Positions 31,715 through 42,803 of a DNA stretch of 64,000 nucleotides are shown here, one piece after another. The notes beneath the pieces are model-generated. The model was not told the origin of the DNA. It made no database searches and saw only the letters and a list, made by a program, of their open reading frames with translations. Positions within the stretch are counted from its first letter, which is position 1; each line of letters starts with the position of its first letter. The position numbers and the translations under genes are program-made. The stretch is from Blepharisma stoltei ATCC 30299. Lineage: Eukaryota; Protista; Ciliophora. The stretch lies in the NCBI GenBank assembly GCA_965603825.1, contig CBFDEM010000038.1:62001-126000 (forward strand). Reading direction: 5' to 3'.

Positions 31715-33397
31715 ATGGAGTCAGAATTTATTCCATTTGAAGTCGAAAACGCAGACTTCATTCCTTTCAAGCGGAAAAAACAATCCAAAGATGAAGCCCT
31801 TTATGGTGTGTTTTATTATAGCTCTGAAGACGAAAACGAAGACCTTTCAAAGCCAATACAGTTTGGAAAAAGCAGTGAGAGTATAGAAGAAAAGAAAACC
31901 CCAGAACATATTCCGACTATCCAGATGACTGAAGAAATGCTGGAGTCAACCTATGGAAAAGGCTACAAGATGCTGCAAAAATGCGGGTTTAAGGTTGGCC
32001 AAGGACTTGGGATTAATCATCAAGGCACTACTGAATTAATTAATTTGGCAAGAAGGAAGAAAAATGAAGGCCTTAGCTTTTCAAAGCCCGAAATCATTCC
32101 CCTAGAAAAGCCATCTGAATATAAAAATCTCCCTGAGTGGCTTTTCTCTAACAGCTACCCCAAGAAAAAAAGGAAATTATCTCCAGAGTGCATTAAATCC
32201 GAACTAAGAAAGCTTATGGAAACTGACCCAATGCTGTTAGAAAAGGTTGCTCTTATGAAACAAACCTACGAAGAAACCATCACAAACCAAGAAGTATCAG
32301 GGAACTCCTGAGACTATTTAAATGTTTCCTATGAAAATACAAGATACACTGTAATCGGCGCAGAACGAAAAATCCAAATCCAAACTGACTTTTTGGTTTC
32401 TTTAGCTTATGAAGAAAAACAAGTTAAAATTAATTTAGATTCCCTTGAAAAAGAAAAAGAAGAAATTTCTCAGCTAGAAAAATTTATGAAAAATAAAATT
32501 TATGATTTGAAAAACAATGATTTATTGCTTGAAAATTTAAAAGAAATAGAAGAAAATTTCCCAAAGCTGTGGGCTGATATGAGATTGAAGGAAAGATATG
32601 GAATTCCTTTATGCAAAAAGTATTTCAGTAGTGTTTATAAGAACTGGATATTTGAGAATGAGCCTATGAAAGGGTATAGCCAAATGAAAATATGGAAAGA
32701 ATGGGTCGGAGAAGATTTTGAAGAGTCTATTGGAGATTGAGAAGTCGGGATTATGAGGTTTCTGAATGGAAGATGGAAAATTAAAGAGGAAAATGGAAAA
32801 AATGTGGACTATTTAGAAAAATGGATGAGCATTTTGCCTGAAAATACAAAGGAAAAAGTAAAGCGATGACTTTTGAATATTTTTACAAAAGAGTTTGAAA
32901 AATGGGAGCCGAGGCAGGACAGAATTCCCATTCACACCTGGGTGCACCCATGGCTCCCTCTAGTCGATTTAAGCTCCTTATGGCCTACACTTGTCAGAAA
33001 GCTAAGCTTAGCGTTGCAAGATTGACATCCACAAGACCCCTCCGCAAAAATTGTGTTATCCCCTTGGAAGCCTGTATTAGGCAGCTTCTGGACTAAAATG
33101 ATGATAAGGTATATTCTCCCAAAACTAGTCTTTATATTGCAAGAGCTGCCATTTGACTTAACAAATCAAGATATTGAGCCTTTAACGTGGGTAATGAGCT
33201 GAAAAGAGTTAATTTCTGACGAGCAGCTTTCTAAAGCGTTAGAAACAGAGTTTTATCCTAGATGGAAAGCTGCGTTAAGAAAATGGGTAGAGAACGCTGA
33301 AGATGACGACATGGAAAATATCAGTATTTGGTATGAAGAATGGCAGAAAATAATCCCAAAAACTCTCCTGGATTTAGAAAATGCTTTTAATAACTAG
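31715..33397 (+). CDS. TFIP11: TFIP11/Ntr1-like spliceosome disassembly factor (G-patch plus GCFC-like region)
   Basis: KDEALYGVF, G-patch GKGYKMLQKCGFKVGQGLG, WEPRQDRIPIHTWVHPWLP, WHPQDPSA..VLSPWK, YILPKL. One frame with TGA=Trp. Alternative ATG at 31688. Confidence 0.88.
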
Positions 33398-33602
33398 CAC
33401 AGTATTACTTTTATGTAAATAATGAGATCTTCTTCAAATAAAAATGCAGGGAAATATATAAATTAATGTTAATAAAATGCATATCTTAGTGATTTCCTGC
33501 ATAATAAGCAAATAAGCGTTATTTTTTTATTATTCTGCAACCCAGAAATGCTTATCAAAAAATAGATTGCCACTTTACATTACCGTTAGCTAATTCAAAA
33601 AT

Positions 33603-34076
33603 ATGAATCCAAATGAAGCCCCAACTGACAATGAAGCAGAAGAAGAGAAGGTTCAGGCAGATCAATGATTTAACAGTATAAGGCAGCAGCTAAAAGTTGA
33701 AACTCATAATAAAACTCTATTATACAGCTATGATTTTCTATTAGATAAGCCATTACAAAACAAAAATCAAAGATTCAACTGAATTTCTGCTCAAAACTCG
33801 CCTGATTTTCCAAAAGAACTCCCAGCCAGACCATCATCTGCTTCAAACTGTCGGTCTTCATATTCAACATGTCCAACTTTGGATTATGAACTCATAGATA
33901 CTCTTCCCAGTTTACCTGATTTCCTATCAAGAGATACACTGATTTCATTGCAAGCAAATCCATTAGAAAATACAAGAAGCACTATCCAATTTTGCTTGAG
34001 AGGAGGCAGGGAGTCTTGGACTCCTGAAAGCCAATCGGCTAAGTGGATAAATCAAAGGCCAGGAAGTGCGCCATAA
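33603..34076 (+). CDS. Small protein with a Cip/Kip (CDI)-like motif
   Basis: With TGA=Trp: ...DQWFNSIRQQL...YSYDFLLDKPLQNKNQRFNWI, followed by a Ser/Pro-rich tail. Confidence 0.65.
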
Positions 34077-34319
34077 ATTTTATAATGTAATCAGGCCTTA
34101 AGGCTTGATTTGTTATAATTAAAGTTAACGGCATTAATTAGATTCAATATTCATTAAAATGAAAATAATGGGATAAAGAATAGCGGATGAAATAGAAGAA
34201 ATAAACCGCTTTTTATTCGTAAAGTGCGAAAGGTTTTTTATGGTTCGTATTATCGTTTTCTTGAGTTTTTGACTTAAAATAATTTAAGTCATGGTAATTT
34301 ATTTTAAAATTCATTATTG

Positions 34320-34853
34320 ATGCATAAATTGTACAGCCATGCAGGAATCAATCAAGAGATAAGCAGCAGTCGCAATAACTGCTATATCAAAGAATCTGGG
34401 AAAAAGATAAAAGGCTTATTAAAAATAAAAGAAAAACTCATGCCTCATTCTCTTGAAGCTTTACAGCCAATCGTCCAACAGTCAACTGATGGATTGATCA
34501 AGGTAAAAATTACTACAAAGTCTTCACTGTCCAAAAATGCCTGAGAAAAGATCAATTATTCCTGAAATAAAATCAGTTCTTTTGAATGTGACAGCCCTGA
34601 GCCGAAGTCCATCTATATTACTACTGAATCAAAGCCAGTGAGAAGAAATCCTTCTCCGCTGGTAAGTCATTCTCTTGAAGGCTACCAGTTCAAGCCAATT
34701 GACTTGAAATCTCCTGCGAACTCAAAACTCCCTATATTTAATCGAAGATGTTCATCAAGAACCCCGGACAAATTTTATAAAATTCCTTACCCAATTCGTG
34801 ATATATCACCTCTAAGTCATTCTCACTCAAGAAAAAAGCTATCTTATATGTAA
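34320..34853 (+). CDS. Hypothetical basic, Ser/Pro-rich protein
   Basis: ORFs 34317 and 34638 join in frame through two TGA codons. The start is uncertain. Confidence 0.6.
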
Positions 34854-34879
34854 TTTTAAAAATCTCGTATAAATATAAA

Positions 34880-36022
34880 ATGGAAGGAAATGGCCCTGAC
34901 TTCAATGATATATTAAACAATATGATAAGCAATCGATATACCGAAGACCTAGCAAGTCTACAAGACCCCTCATTTGGCAGTCACATAGAGATGCTGAACC
35001 AAAATTTGACAAGTTTAATCACAACAGAATTAAATGCAATTCTATCTGAAAAACAGCAGCTTTCCAAAGAAATTGAAGAATTTAACAAATATAAGGACGA
35101 AGAGCTCCAGAAATTAGAACAATGCGAAAAAGAATGGGCAGAGAAAAAAGCTCAGTACCAGTCAAGTGGAAATGAAAGCAAAATTATCGAAATTAATGTA
35201 GGCGGCACACATAAAGTGACGACAACTCTTTCTACACTTTTAAAAGTCCCTCAGTCTGCCTTAGCAGCTTGCTTTAATGGGACAGTTCAGCTTCCTAAAA
35301 TAAAAGGAGAAATTTTTATTGATAGAGAAGGTCAGTCTTTTTGCAACGTAATCAGTTTTTTGAGGACAGGGAAATTTCCCAAATTTGAGACATTCGAAGA
35401 AGAAGCTGCCTTTTTAGACGAGCTTGACTTCTGAGGAATCCCTTATGAAGAAATAGAGACTGATATAGACCAAGATCTGAAACATTTTGACCCAAATTGG
35501 TGCGCATCTACATTAATTCTAGAAAATAATAATACAGTCCTGAAAAAGGTAGGAAGCCCTCATGGTATTGCTTTTGGAGCTATCCCAATGAGTAAAGAAT
35601 GCCCATACGTCGAGTTTAAAATTTCGATAACTTCTGGCTCAAGCAATGGGTCTCATATTTTTCTAGGACTTGTGGATAAATCAAAATATTCGTCATCTCA
35701 GCTGGTTTCAACCCGCTGGAGAGATGCCCCATGCTCTTGGTATTGGGATGTGTGGAATTGTAAATTGGTAAAAACTGATGAAAATGGGGTGCATTCTTTT
35801 GTGACTGGGTATGGGTGTGACTGTGATGATGAAGAAACAGTCTTGGGGATTTATTATGATTCTAAAAGAAGGACTGTGTCTTTTTATAAGAAAGGGATTA
35901 ACCAAGGAGTGGCTTATAATAATGTGTCGAGCGGGTTGTTTCCTAGTATTGATGTGTGGTTTGATACTGGAAGTGTCACGTTTTTACAGACGAAGCTCGC
36001 GAAGACTATGGCATATATGTAA
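34880..36022 (+). CDS. KCTD-type BTB/POZ plus SPRY-like protein
   Basis: IEINVGG...TTLSTL..VPQSALA, IFIDREG..F..VISFLRTG, ELDFW(TGA)GI. C-terminal FYKKGINQGVAY...LFPSI. Confidence 0.88.
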
Positions 36023-36272
36023 TAAATAGTGGCAATAAGGACCTGGCATTATAAATATAATATTAATTATCAAAATAAGTGCAGGCTGATATATAGATTT
36101 CCCAAGAATATATAGTTATCTATTTGCTTTATATAATTTCCAGCATATTTAAAGGAATTTTTTGTCTCATTTACTTTAAATACCGCAAAAAACTGTTAAA
36201 GTTAAAAATAACTTTTTGCTATATAAATTAGCTAAACTAGGTGTTATTAATTTAATCCATATTTAACTCAAG

Positions 36273-36806
36273 ATGGGATGTTGTTCTTCAAGAGCTATGA
36301 ACAAACTCGAAATAAGCAAAATGATCCACTCTTATATTATAGAGACGAGGCTTGATGCCCACAATTGCAGCTCTATCAAGCGTCTTGACGTTCAAATTCT
36401 TGAAGAAACTATCGATGCTCAAACATATGAATCTCTCGCAAAAGGGTGGGATATAAAAGCTCCTTTTGAACTTTTCAGCAAAGGTAACAAGATTTTTAAG
36501 AAGGATTTAAAGATTGCTTTTCTTTTATTCAGCAGGGATTCTTTTGAAAAGAAAGCCCAGCTCTTCAAGGAACTTACAAAATCAGATAAAAGAGAAATTA
36601 TACATTTATTGGAAATAAGAAACGAATTGCTATATATGAGGATCCCAACGCAGCTTGCAAAGCAGAGCAAAATAAGCGACGAAGATAAGAATGAATATGT
36701 TGAAAGCAAGCGACTTGTGAGTGGAAAAGAGGCAAGCCATGCGCTGCAGTCTTGTCTTCACAGCTCTGAAGAAGAGTCAAAAAGACTAGATTTTATATCA
36801 ATTTAA
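36273..36806 (+). CDS. Hypothetical protein with MGCCSS dual-acylation-type N-terminus
   Basis: 177-aa ATG..TAA ORF. Confidence 0.7.
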   Translation: MGCCSSRAMNKLEISKMIHSYIIETRLDAHNCSSIKRLDVQILEETIDAQTYESLAKGWDIKAPFELFSKGNKIFKKDLKIAFLLFSRDSFEKKAQLFKELTKSDKREIIHLLEIRNELLYMRIPTQLAKQSKISDEDKNEYVESKRLVSGKEASHALQSCLHSSEEESKRLDFISI

Positions 36807-36923
36807 GTGAGTTTCAGGTAGCAATAACAGCTATCGGCATAATTAAACAGCTTTATTATTAAAATAGTATCTATTTATGTTTAATATGTTAGGTGTTCTT
36901 AATGATTACCTGCTTACTTGGTA

Positions 36924-38009
36924 TTAAAGATAATTAAGGTTTTCTTGAGGCGCAACATGCGCTAATATGTGTTTATTTTGTTTAATGCCATTGTGAAGCT
37001 TATATGCAAAAAACACAAAAAATGCACTGATGATGCCAGTTAAGGAGATTGAAAATGCTGCAGCTGCTTTGTGATTTTGTTTAAATAGTTTGTAATTGAA
37101 TAAGCTGAGGATTGGGCTTGACTTACTTTTGACTAATTTTTGTTTTGAGTCATGGTACCATTTTTTATTTTCTGATAAAATTGAACTGTCTGTAGCTCAA
37201 TCGTCATAGTCGTAATAATTCCATTCAGTTCAAGCGTTTTCTAAGCCATCTTCCTTGTAATCTTGGCTTTCTCGATTATTTTGGGATGCTTCTTGAATTG
37301 ATGATACTGTTGGAGCGTCTTCTGAATTTATTTGAGAATCGCTTAAAATTTGTGATTGGTCCATGCTACTACCTACATAGTCAGAAAAATCTTCCAATGC
37401 AGGATCCACTGCACTAGGATTGCTCTGTAGACCATTATCAGCTCTGAATTCAGCATTTTCTATGCTTAAAACATTCTCTCTAAGTTTGCCTTCAATTTTT
37501 TTCAATTCTCTGTTTTCATATACAAGTTTCTTCGGCTGGTATACAGCCCAAGAAACTATTAAGCTGGCTATTGCGCCCACTATGACTACCAATAGGCATC
37601 CTAAGTACCACTTTGAATATCTTCCGCTCTTGTGTTTACTAGCCTTTATTCCTAGTCATGCAGTTACAAAACCCCCAAATCCCATTCCCATTCTCAAAAA
37701 CAGCATGGCATCTCCACTTGCCCACACATAATTTTTTAAAATAACTATGAAGTCAAGCATAGAAAAGAAAATCATAAAATAGCATGAGAGCCTCACCCAT
37801 CATGCCCAACGTTTTAAAGACTGCTTTAGCTTATATAGCTCAGGCGTCGACACACTTAGAGCTAAAAGTGGATCTTCCTGGCCATTATCCAATACTGGCA
37901 TATTCTCAAATATCGGCTCACTATTACCATTCTGGCTATTTTCCAAGGGAATTTGGCCTTGGCCTTTCAAATTTTCCCACTTCTGATAATCCATTTTTTT
38001 ATTAGCCAT
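36924..38009 (-). CDS. Hypothetical multi-pass membrane protein, 361 aa
   Basis: Read codon by codon, a single frame with four TGA-Trp. Three TM segments, an acidic loop and a final TM. Ends in TAA. Confidence 0.8.
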
Positions 38010-38057
38010 AATAATTTGCCTAAAATAGCTTAGCCAGATGCAAAAGTTGCATTTAAA

Positions 38058-39803
38058 ATGGACAATTTCAAGGATTTGACCTTTAATTCTGCGGGGCCTA
38101 CTGTAATAATTCATGGGATATCGCTTTATGCATCTCGAGGAACTCTGTGACCAAGGACGCCAATTGGCAAAAATATTGCGGTCTCAGTGTCTTCGATGCT
38201 TCCTGTGATAAAATTGACTTCAGAAGTGCTTGAAACTTTGTGGATTGCGGGACTCCAAGGTTCCTCACGATCTGCGCTAGGAGGCTTTTTGATTGGTTAC
38301 AAGCATTCTCCAGCTCATTTTTTGAATGTAGATATCAAAGAGATCCAATGGCATGTCCGCAAAACGCCAAGAAACTCAGGGGATTATGCAATAAGGGTCT
38401 TTCCTAAAGATTCTGAAAGAGGAGATATAACGAGAAGAGAGTCTGAATTTATGCTACAATCTACACTATTTAAACTAGATTCATATGCAGAATTAGAATT
38501 TTTGGAGCCGCTTGACTTGTGCAAGACCTCACTAAATTTTGATGTGAGAGGAAATGAAATAGAAATCAGCTGCCAGATGCTGTTTCCTAGGCTTGATCTT
38601 GAATTTGTCCCGATTTCTCCTCTAAAAATTGTGTCAACTCCTCTTAGTGTGAAACTTACCCAGAAAAATTTAAAACATCCGAAATTTCAGACTGGATATT
38701 TAACCCTTGACCAGAAAAAACGAGTTTTGCCACTGTTATGTTCTGACCCACTAGCTTTTAAGTACCCTCTTGTAGGAGTTTGAGCTACTGCAAGCCCTGG
38801 AAGCCAGGAATGCCCATTATCTCATCCTCTAATTTGGTCATCTTGTGTAAGGTTCATTGAAAGCAAGCTGATCCAAGAAAGAATTTCTCCTAATCCTGCC
38901 CAAAATACCTTTTTATTTATATATTTTTCATCAAAACCTCAATTTTACGAAGCCAGCACACATAAAAAAGCAGCTTGGTGCATTCAAAATATAACCCACG
39001 AGATACAAAAAGAAGGACAATTTTTTAGTCCTATAACCTGCAAGTATTTGCAAGCAGAATCTCCAAGAATAAGCTTAACCTCGCCAAAACTAAAGCAAAA
39101 ATCATCGAATTTATTAGAAAATTCAAGCATTATTGACAGGTTTAGTAATATAGAAACAATGCCACGATCAGTCAGAAGTAGCTTGGAAACTTGTAATGGG
39201 ATTGCTCAGTCTACAGAAAGGCTTATAAGAGAACAGTCAGAAATGCTGAAAAGGCTGGAAAAACAAATCCAAAACTTGCAGAGCCACGTAATCTCGTCAA
39301 GGCTAGAAACCCCAAGAAAAAGCACAAGATATGCAGAAGAATGCCTCTCCCCAAAAATGGTCAATTCAGCCACAAATACAACTTTGTCTACTGCAGAAGG
39401 CAAAATAGCAAGTCCACGACTTATGGACACTAAAAAGTCAGCATCTACCAATACAAGCTTTATTGTTTCTCATACAGAACGAAAACTTCTCCCTCCTAGG
39501 CAAGCTCGGACCAAGCTTTCAAGTGATACAGAAAGCATAGATTGCAAGAAAATTTCAAGTGATACAGAAAGCATAGATTGCAAGAAAACCAAGCAATCAC
39601 CAACCCGAGCTGCTTCTTTACGATATAGCTGCTCCTCTACAGATATTTCCAATATAAGAAGCTCTATAAACAGCAATAGCAGTTTCCAAAAATCCGAAAA
39701 TTCCGACACTACAATTCGAGTCCCAAAAATAATTTACGAGTCTTCTCTCAGTGATATATCTGACGAAGAAGTTGCAGAGCTGGAAAAAAAATACTTAAAA
39801 TAG
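38058..39803 (+). CDS. STIL: STIL N-terminal-domain protein (centriole assembly factor-like)
   Basis: LW(TGA)PRTPIG, PISPLKIVSTPLS..L and [31 protein letters not shown](TGA) match STIL_N. A short coiled coil follows (LIREQSEMLKRLEKQIQNL). C-terminus LEKKYLK. Confidence 0.8.
39517..39588 (+). repeat. Perfect 36-bp in-frame tandem duplication (xSSDTESIDCKK twice)
   Basis: TTTCAAGTGATACAGAAAGCATAGATTGCAAGAAAA occurs twice. Confidence 0.95.
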
Positions 39804-39836
39804 CTGCTATTTTTATCTAAATTAATTTAATTGTTT

Positions 39837-41105
39837 ATGTCAAATATTTCATCAAGAAACCCTACAGAGGACAGCAGCACAGAGCCCCCAGAAACTATAA
39901 ACAGGTTTACAAGCTACGCTGAAGAAATCAAAGAAGAAATGCCTGAAATTGACTCTGAAGAGGAAGAAGAAATAGAGCTGGAAGACCCAATTAATGCAGT
40001 CGTTAATAATGATGCTGAAACAGAGCTAGAAGAAACAGTAAAGCAACTTGCAAGCATGCACCCAGAAACTCCTATTGCAAGAGGCTCTCGAAAGTGGTAT
40101 GAGAAGGAGCCTAGCTGGAAATGAAAAGGAAAACCACTAAAAAACCCAATTTCTAAAGAAAAAATCAGGATTTGTGCGATTACGTGGAATATGGAAGGTA
40201 GGCCGCCTCCTGATGATATAAGCTCTTTGTTTCCTCCTGATGTAAAGCACCACTTATATATAGTTTGTGCAGAAGAATGCATGAGATCTATAGGACACTC
40301 ACTATTTAAGACGTCCAAAAAGGACTGGGAAACCAAAGTTTTAGCAGCTTTAGGCAGAGAATACAGCTTATTAGAAGCCTGCACGCTCACAGCACTGCAT
40401 TTAGCTATATATGCCCATGCTAGTGTAAAGCCACTGATTTCTTTCCACGAGTCTGATAAAATTTCAACAGGAGTGGCCAATGTGATAGGAAACAAAGGAG
40501 GGGTCGGGATTTCCTTCAAAATTGGCTCCACAAAAGCAATGGTCATTGGTTGCCACTTAGCAGCTGGGCATAATGCAGTTACTAAAAGAAGTAATGATCT
40601 AGCTCGTATAGAAAGAGAATTATCACTGCCTAGCTATTGGCCAAAATCAGGCTTGGCGACTGATCGGACTGATTTTGCGATTATTTTAGGGGACTTGAAC
40701 TATAGGATTTTTGGGCCGAAAGACGCTATTGAGTATCTTATAGAAGAAAATGCAATTGAGACGTTAAAAAAATATGACCAGCTTAGGCTTGAAATAGAAG
40801 ACAGAAAAATTGCCCAGGATTTTGAGGAAGGGGAAATCAGGTTTCCCCCGACTTATAGGTTTGACAAAGGCGAAAATAGATATGACACTTCGAAAAAGCA
40901 GAGAATTCCTGGGTGGACTGACAGGATTTTATATAAGGACAGAAAAGGGCTTGCAAAGCAAAAATCTTATGATTGTATAATGAGTGAAAAACACTCTGAC
41001 CATCGGCCTGTGTTCAGTCAGTTTGTGTTGAAGTTTAGGAATGATATAGTGGGTCCGGTTAATACAAGGACAAATAAAGGTAGCTCGACTTGTGTAACAT
41101 TCTAG
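39837..41105 (+). CDS. Inositol polyphosphate 5-phosphatase with C-terminal CaaX-like motif (INPP5E-like)
   Basis: ITWNM, GNKGGV, CHLAAG, GDLNYR, FPPTYRFD, RIPGWTDRIL, SDHRPV. Ends in CVTF. Confidence 0.92.
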
Positions 41106-41174
41106 GTAAAGCCAAAAGACTCAGAATAAAAGTTTTGAGTGGCAATCAGTAATTAATAACTAAATTATATAAAT

Positions 41175-42071
41175 ATGATAGAAATTAGGAACTTACTATT
41201 AGTTTTGGCTGGAGTTTCAGTATTCTGCCTTATATACACAAATATTGTTTTATATAGAAAAGCTCCAGATCCTATTGAGTCTCAAATTAGTGTATTTGAA
41301 AACCCTGAAAAATCGAGAATTATTGCTTTTGGAGATCTTCATGGGGATTATAGCGCACTTAGGACAATATTGAAATTTACTGCTTGGGATCCTAAAGATA
41401 TTCTTGTGCAGACAGGAGATACGATTGGAAAAGGCGATGACACAAAAAAGATCTTGAACTTTTTTATTGAGCATAAAGGCAAAAATATAATCCACATAAT
41501 GGGAAACCACGAGCATATGAATTTAAATGAAAATTACCAATTTGTGACTGACGCTGACATTAATTCCTTTGGAGGTGAAGAAAATAGAAAAAATCTCTTT
41601 CAAAAAGATCAAATTTACGGCATTTATTTATCAAGTTTAAAAATCTGTGAAAAAATTGGTGATGTGATTTTCGTTCATGGAGGAATTTCTAAGGCAATTG
41701 CAGAGCAATACGGGAGTTTTGAAAAAATCCAAAATGGATTAATTGAGGATCCAGCTAATAATAAAGATTTAGCAGGGAATAACGGGCCAATGTGGTATAG
41801 AGAGTACGCTAAAGGCCCTGAAAATAAAATTTGTGGAGATTTAGAGAGGACTTTAGATATCTTGGGCGCTGAGTTTATGGTAATGGGACATACCACTTTT
41901 AAGAAAATTACCTCAAAATGCAATAATAAAGCAATTTTTATCGATACTGGCAACTCAAGAGCTGTTAGAGGTGTAAGATCTGCTCTAGAGATACAGCAGA
42001 TTAAAGGTGAAACAGTCAGCATAAGAGCAGTGTACGATGATTCGACAGAAGTGATATATCAAAGTAATTAA
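41175..42071 (+). CDS. Shewanella-like (SLP) metallophosphoesterase with signal anchor
   Basis: GDLHGD, QTGDTIGKG, GNHE, FVHGG, GPMWYR, MVMGHT, IDTG.S. Confidence 0.9.
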   Translation: MIEIRNLLLVLAGVSVFCLIYTNIVLYRKAPDPIESQISVFENPEKSRIIAFGDLHGDYSALRTILKFTAWDPKDILVQTGDTIGKGDDTKKILNFFIEHKGKNIIHIMGNHEHMNLNENYQFVTDADINSFGGEENRKNLFQKDQIYGIYLSSLKICEKIGDVIFVHGGISKAIAEQYGSFEKIQNGLIEDPANNKDLAGNNGPMWYREYAKGPENKICGDLERTLDILGAEFMVMGHTTFKKITSKCNNKAIFIDTGNSRAVRGVRSALEIQQIKGETVSIRAVYDDSTEVIYQSN

Positions 42072-42466
42072 TAAATTTTATACTGAGAAAAGTTACATTG
42101 TTTATTCTCGGAAATTGCAAATAAAAATATAAATAGAAATTGTAAGGAAATGCGTTTTGATTAGAAAAATTGCTTTATATAAGAAGGTTTTAGCCTTTTA
42201 TCAATTTAATCCTGTCACCTAATTGCATCAATCTTTATCTTATATCTTAATAGCGATTAAAAGAAGATTTCATAATTTCTGTTTTATTTTTAATAGGTTT
42301 CATAGCCATGATTCACTTCGTCATTTTTGCATTAATATATAGTGACAGTTATAATCATTTTTAAGCATAAAAAACAGCTTACATGACTGGCAAAGCGCAT
42401 TTATTTATAATTTAGGGCAATTAAAACTGTTTCCTTCTCTTCTCGATATTAATCTTATTAAAAAGG

Positions 42467-42538
42467 GTCAGAAGCCAGGGATTGAACCTGGGTCTCCCGC
42501 GCCGCAAATCGGGAATAATACCACTATACGACTTCTGA
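42467..42538 (-). tRNA. Atypical tRNA gene or pseudogene: His-like body, GCG anticodon, 18-nt anticodon arm
   Basis: Minus strand TCAGAAG TC GTATAGTGGTATTAT T CCCGATTTGCGGCGCGGG AGAC CCAGG TTCAATC CCTGG CTTCTGA C. Perfect acceptor and T stems, A and B boxes, and a downstream TTTTT terminator. Confidence 0.85.
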
Positions 42539-42803
42539 ACTAAAATTTAATGAGCTCATTTACTATTATACAAAAATATGTCTATTATAAAAATATTTAA
42601 CATAAATCTCTTTTATTTTACTGCAAAATATTTATTCAAATACAAAAACGATGCATTTAATTGAATATTATTAATTCAAGGTCTTGCCTTTATATAGTCT
42701 ATTTATTTAAGTTCAAACCAAAAAAATTAGAAAAATTTATAAGCTCTACTTGAAATTCAAATAATTAATTTTTTGGTCATTTTAATATGAATCTACAAAT
42801 ATA

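Noticed and set aside
36924-37232. Apparent frameshift near the 3' end of the membrane protein gene
   Set aside because: Codon-by-codon reading shows one continuous frame once TGA is read as Trp.
42467-42538. tRNA-Ala(TGC) or a UGA-decoding tRNA
   Set aside because: No G3:U70 pair, and no TCA or CCA anticodon in any register.
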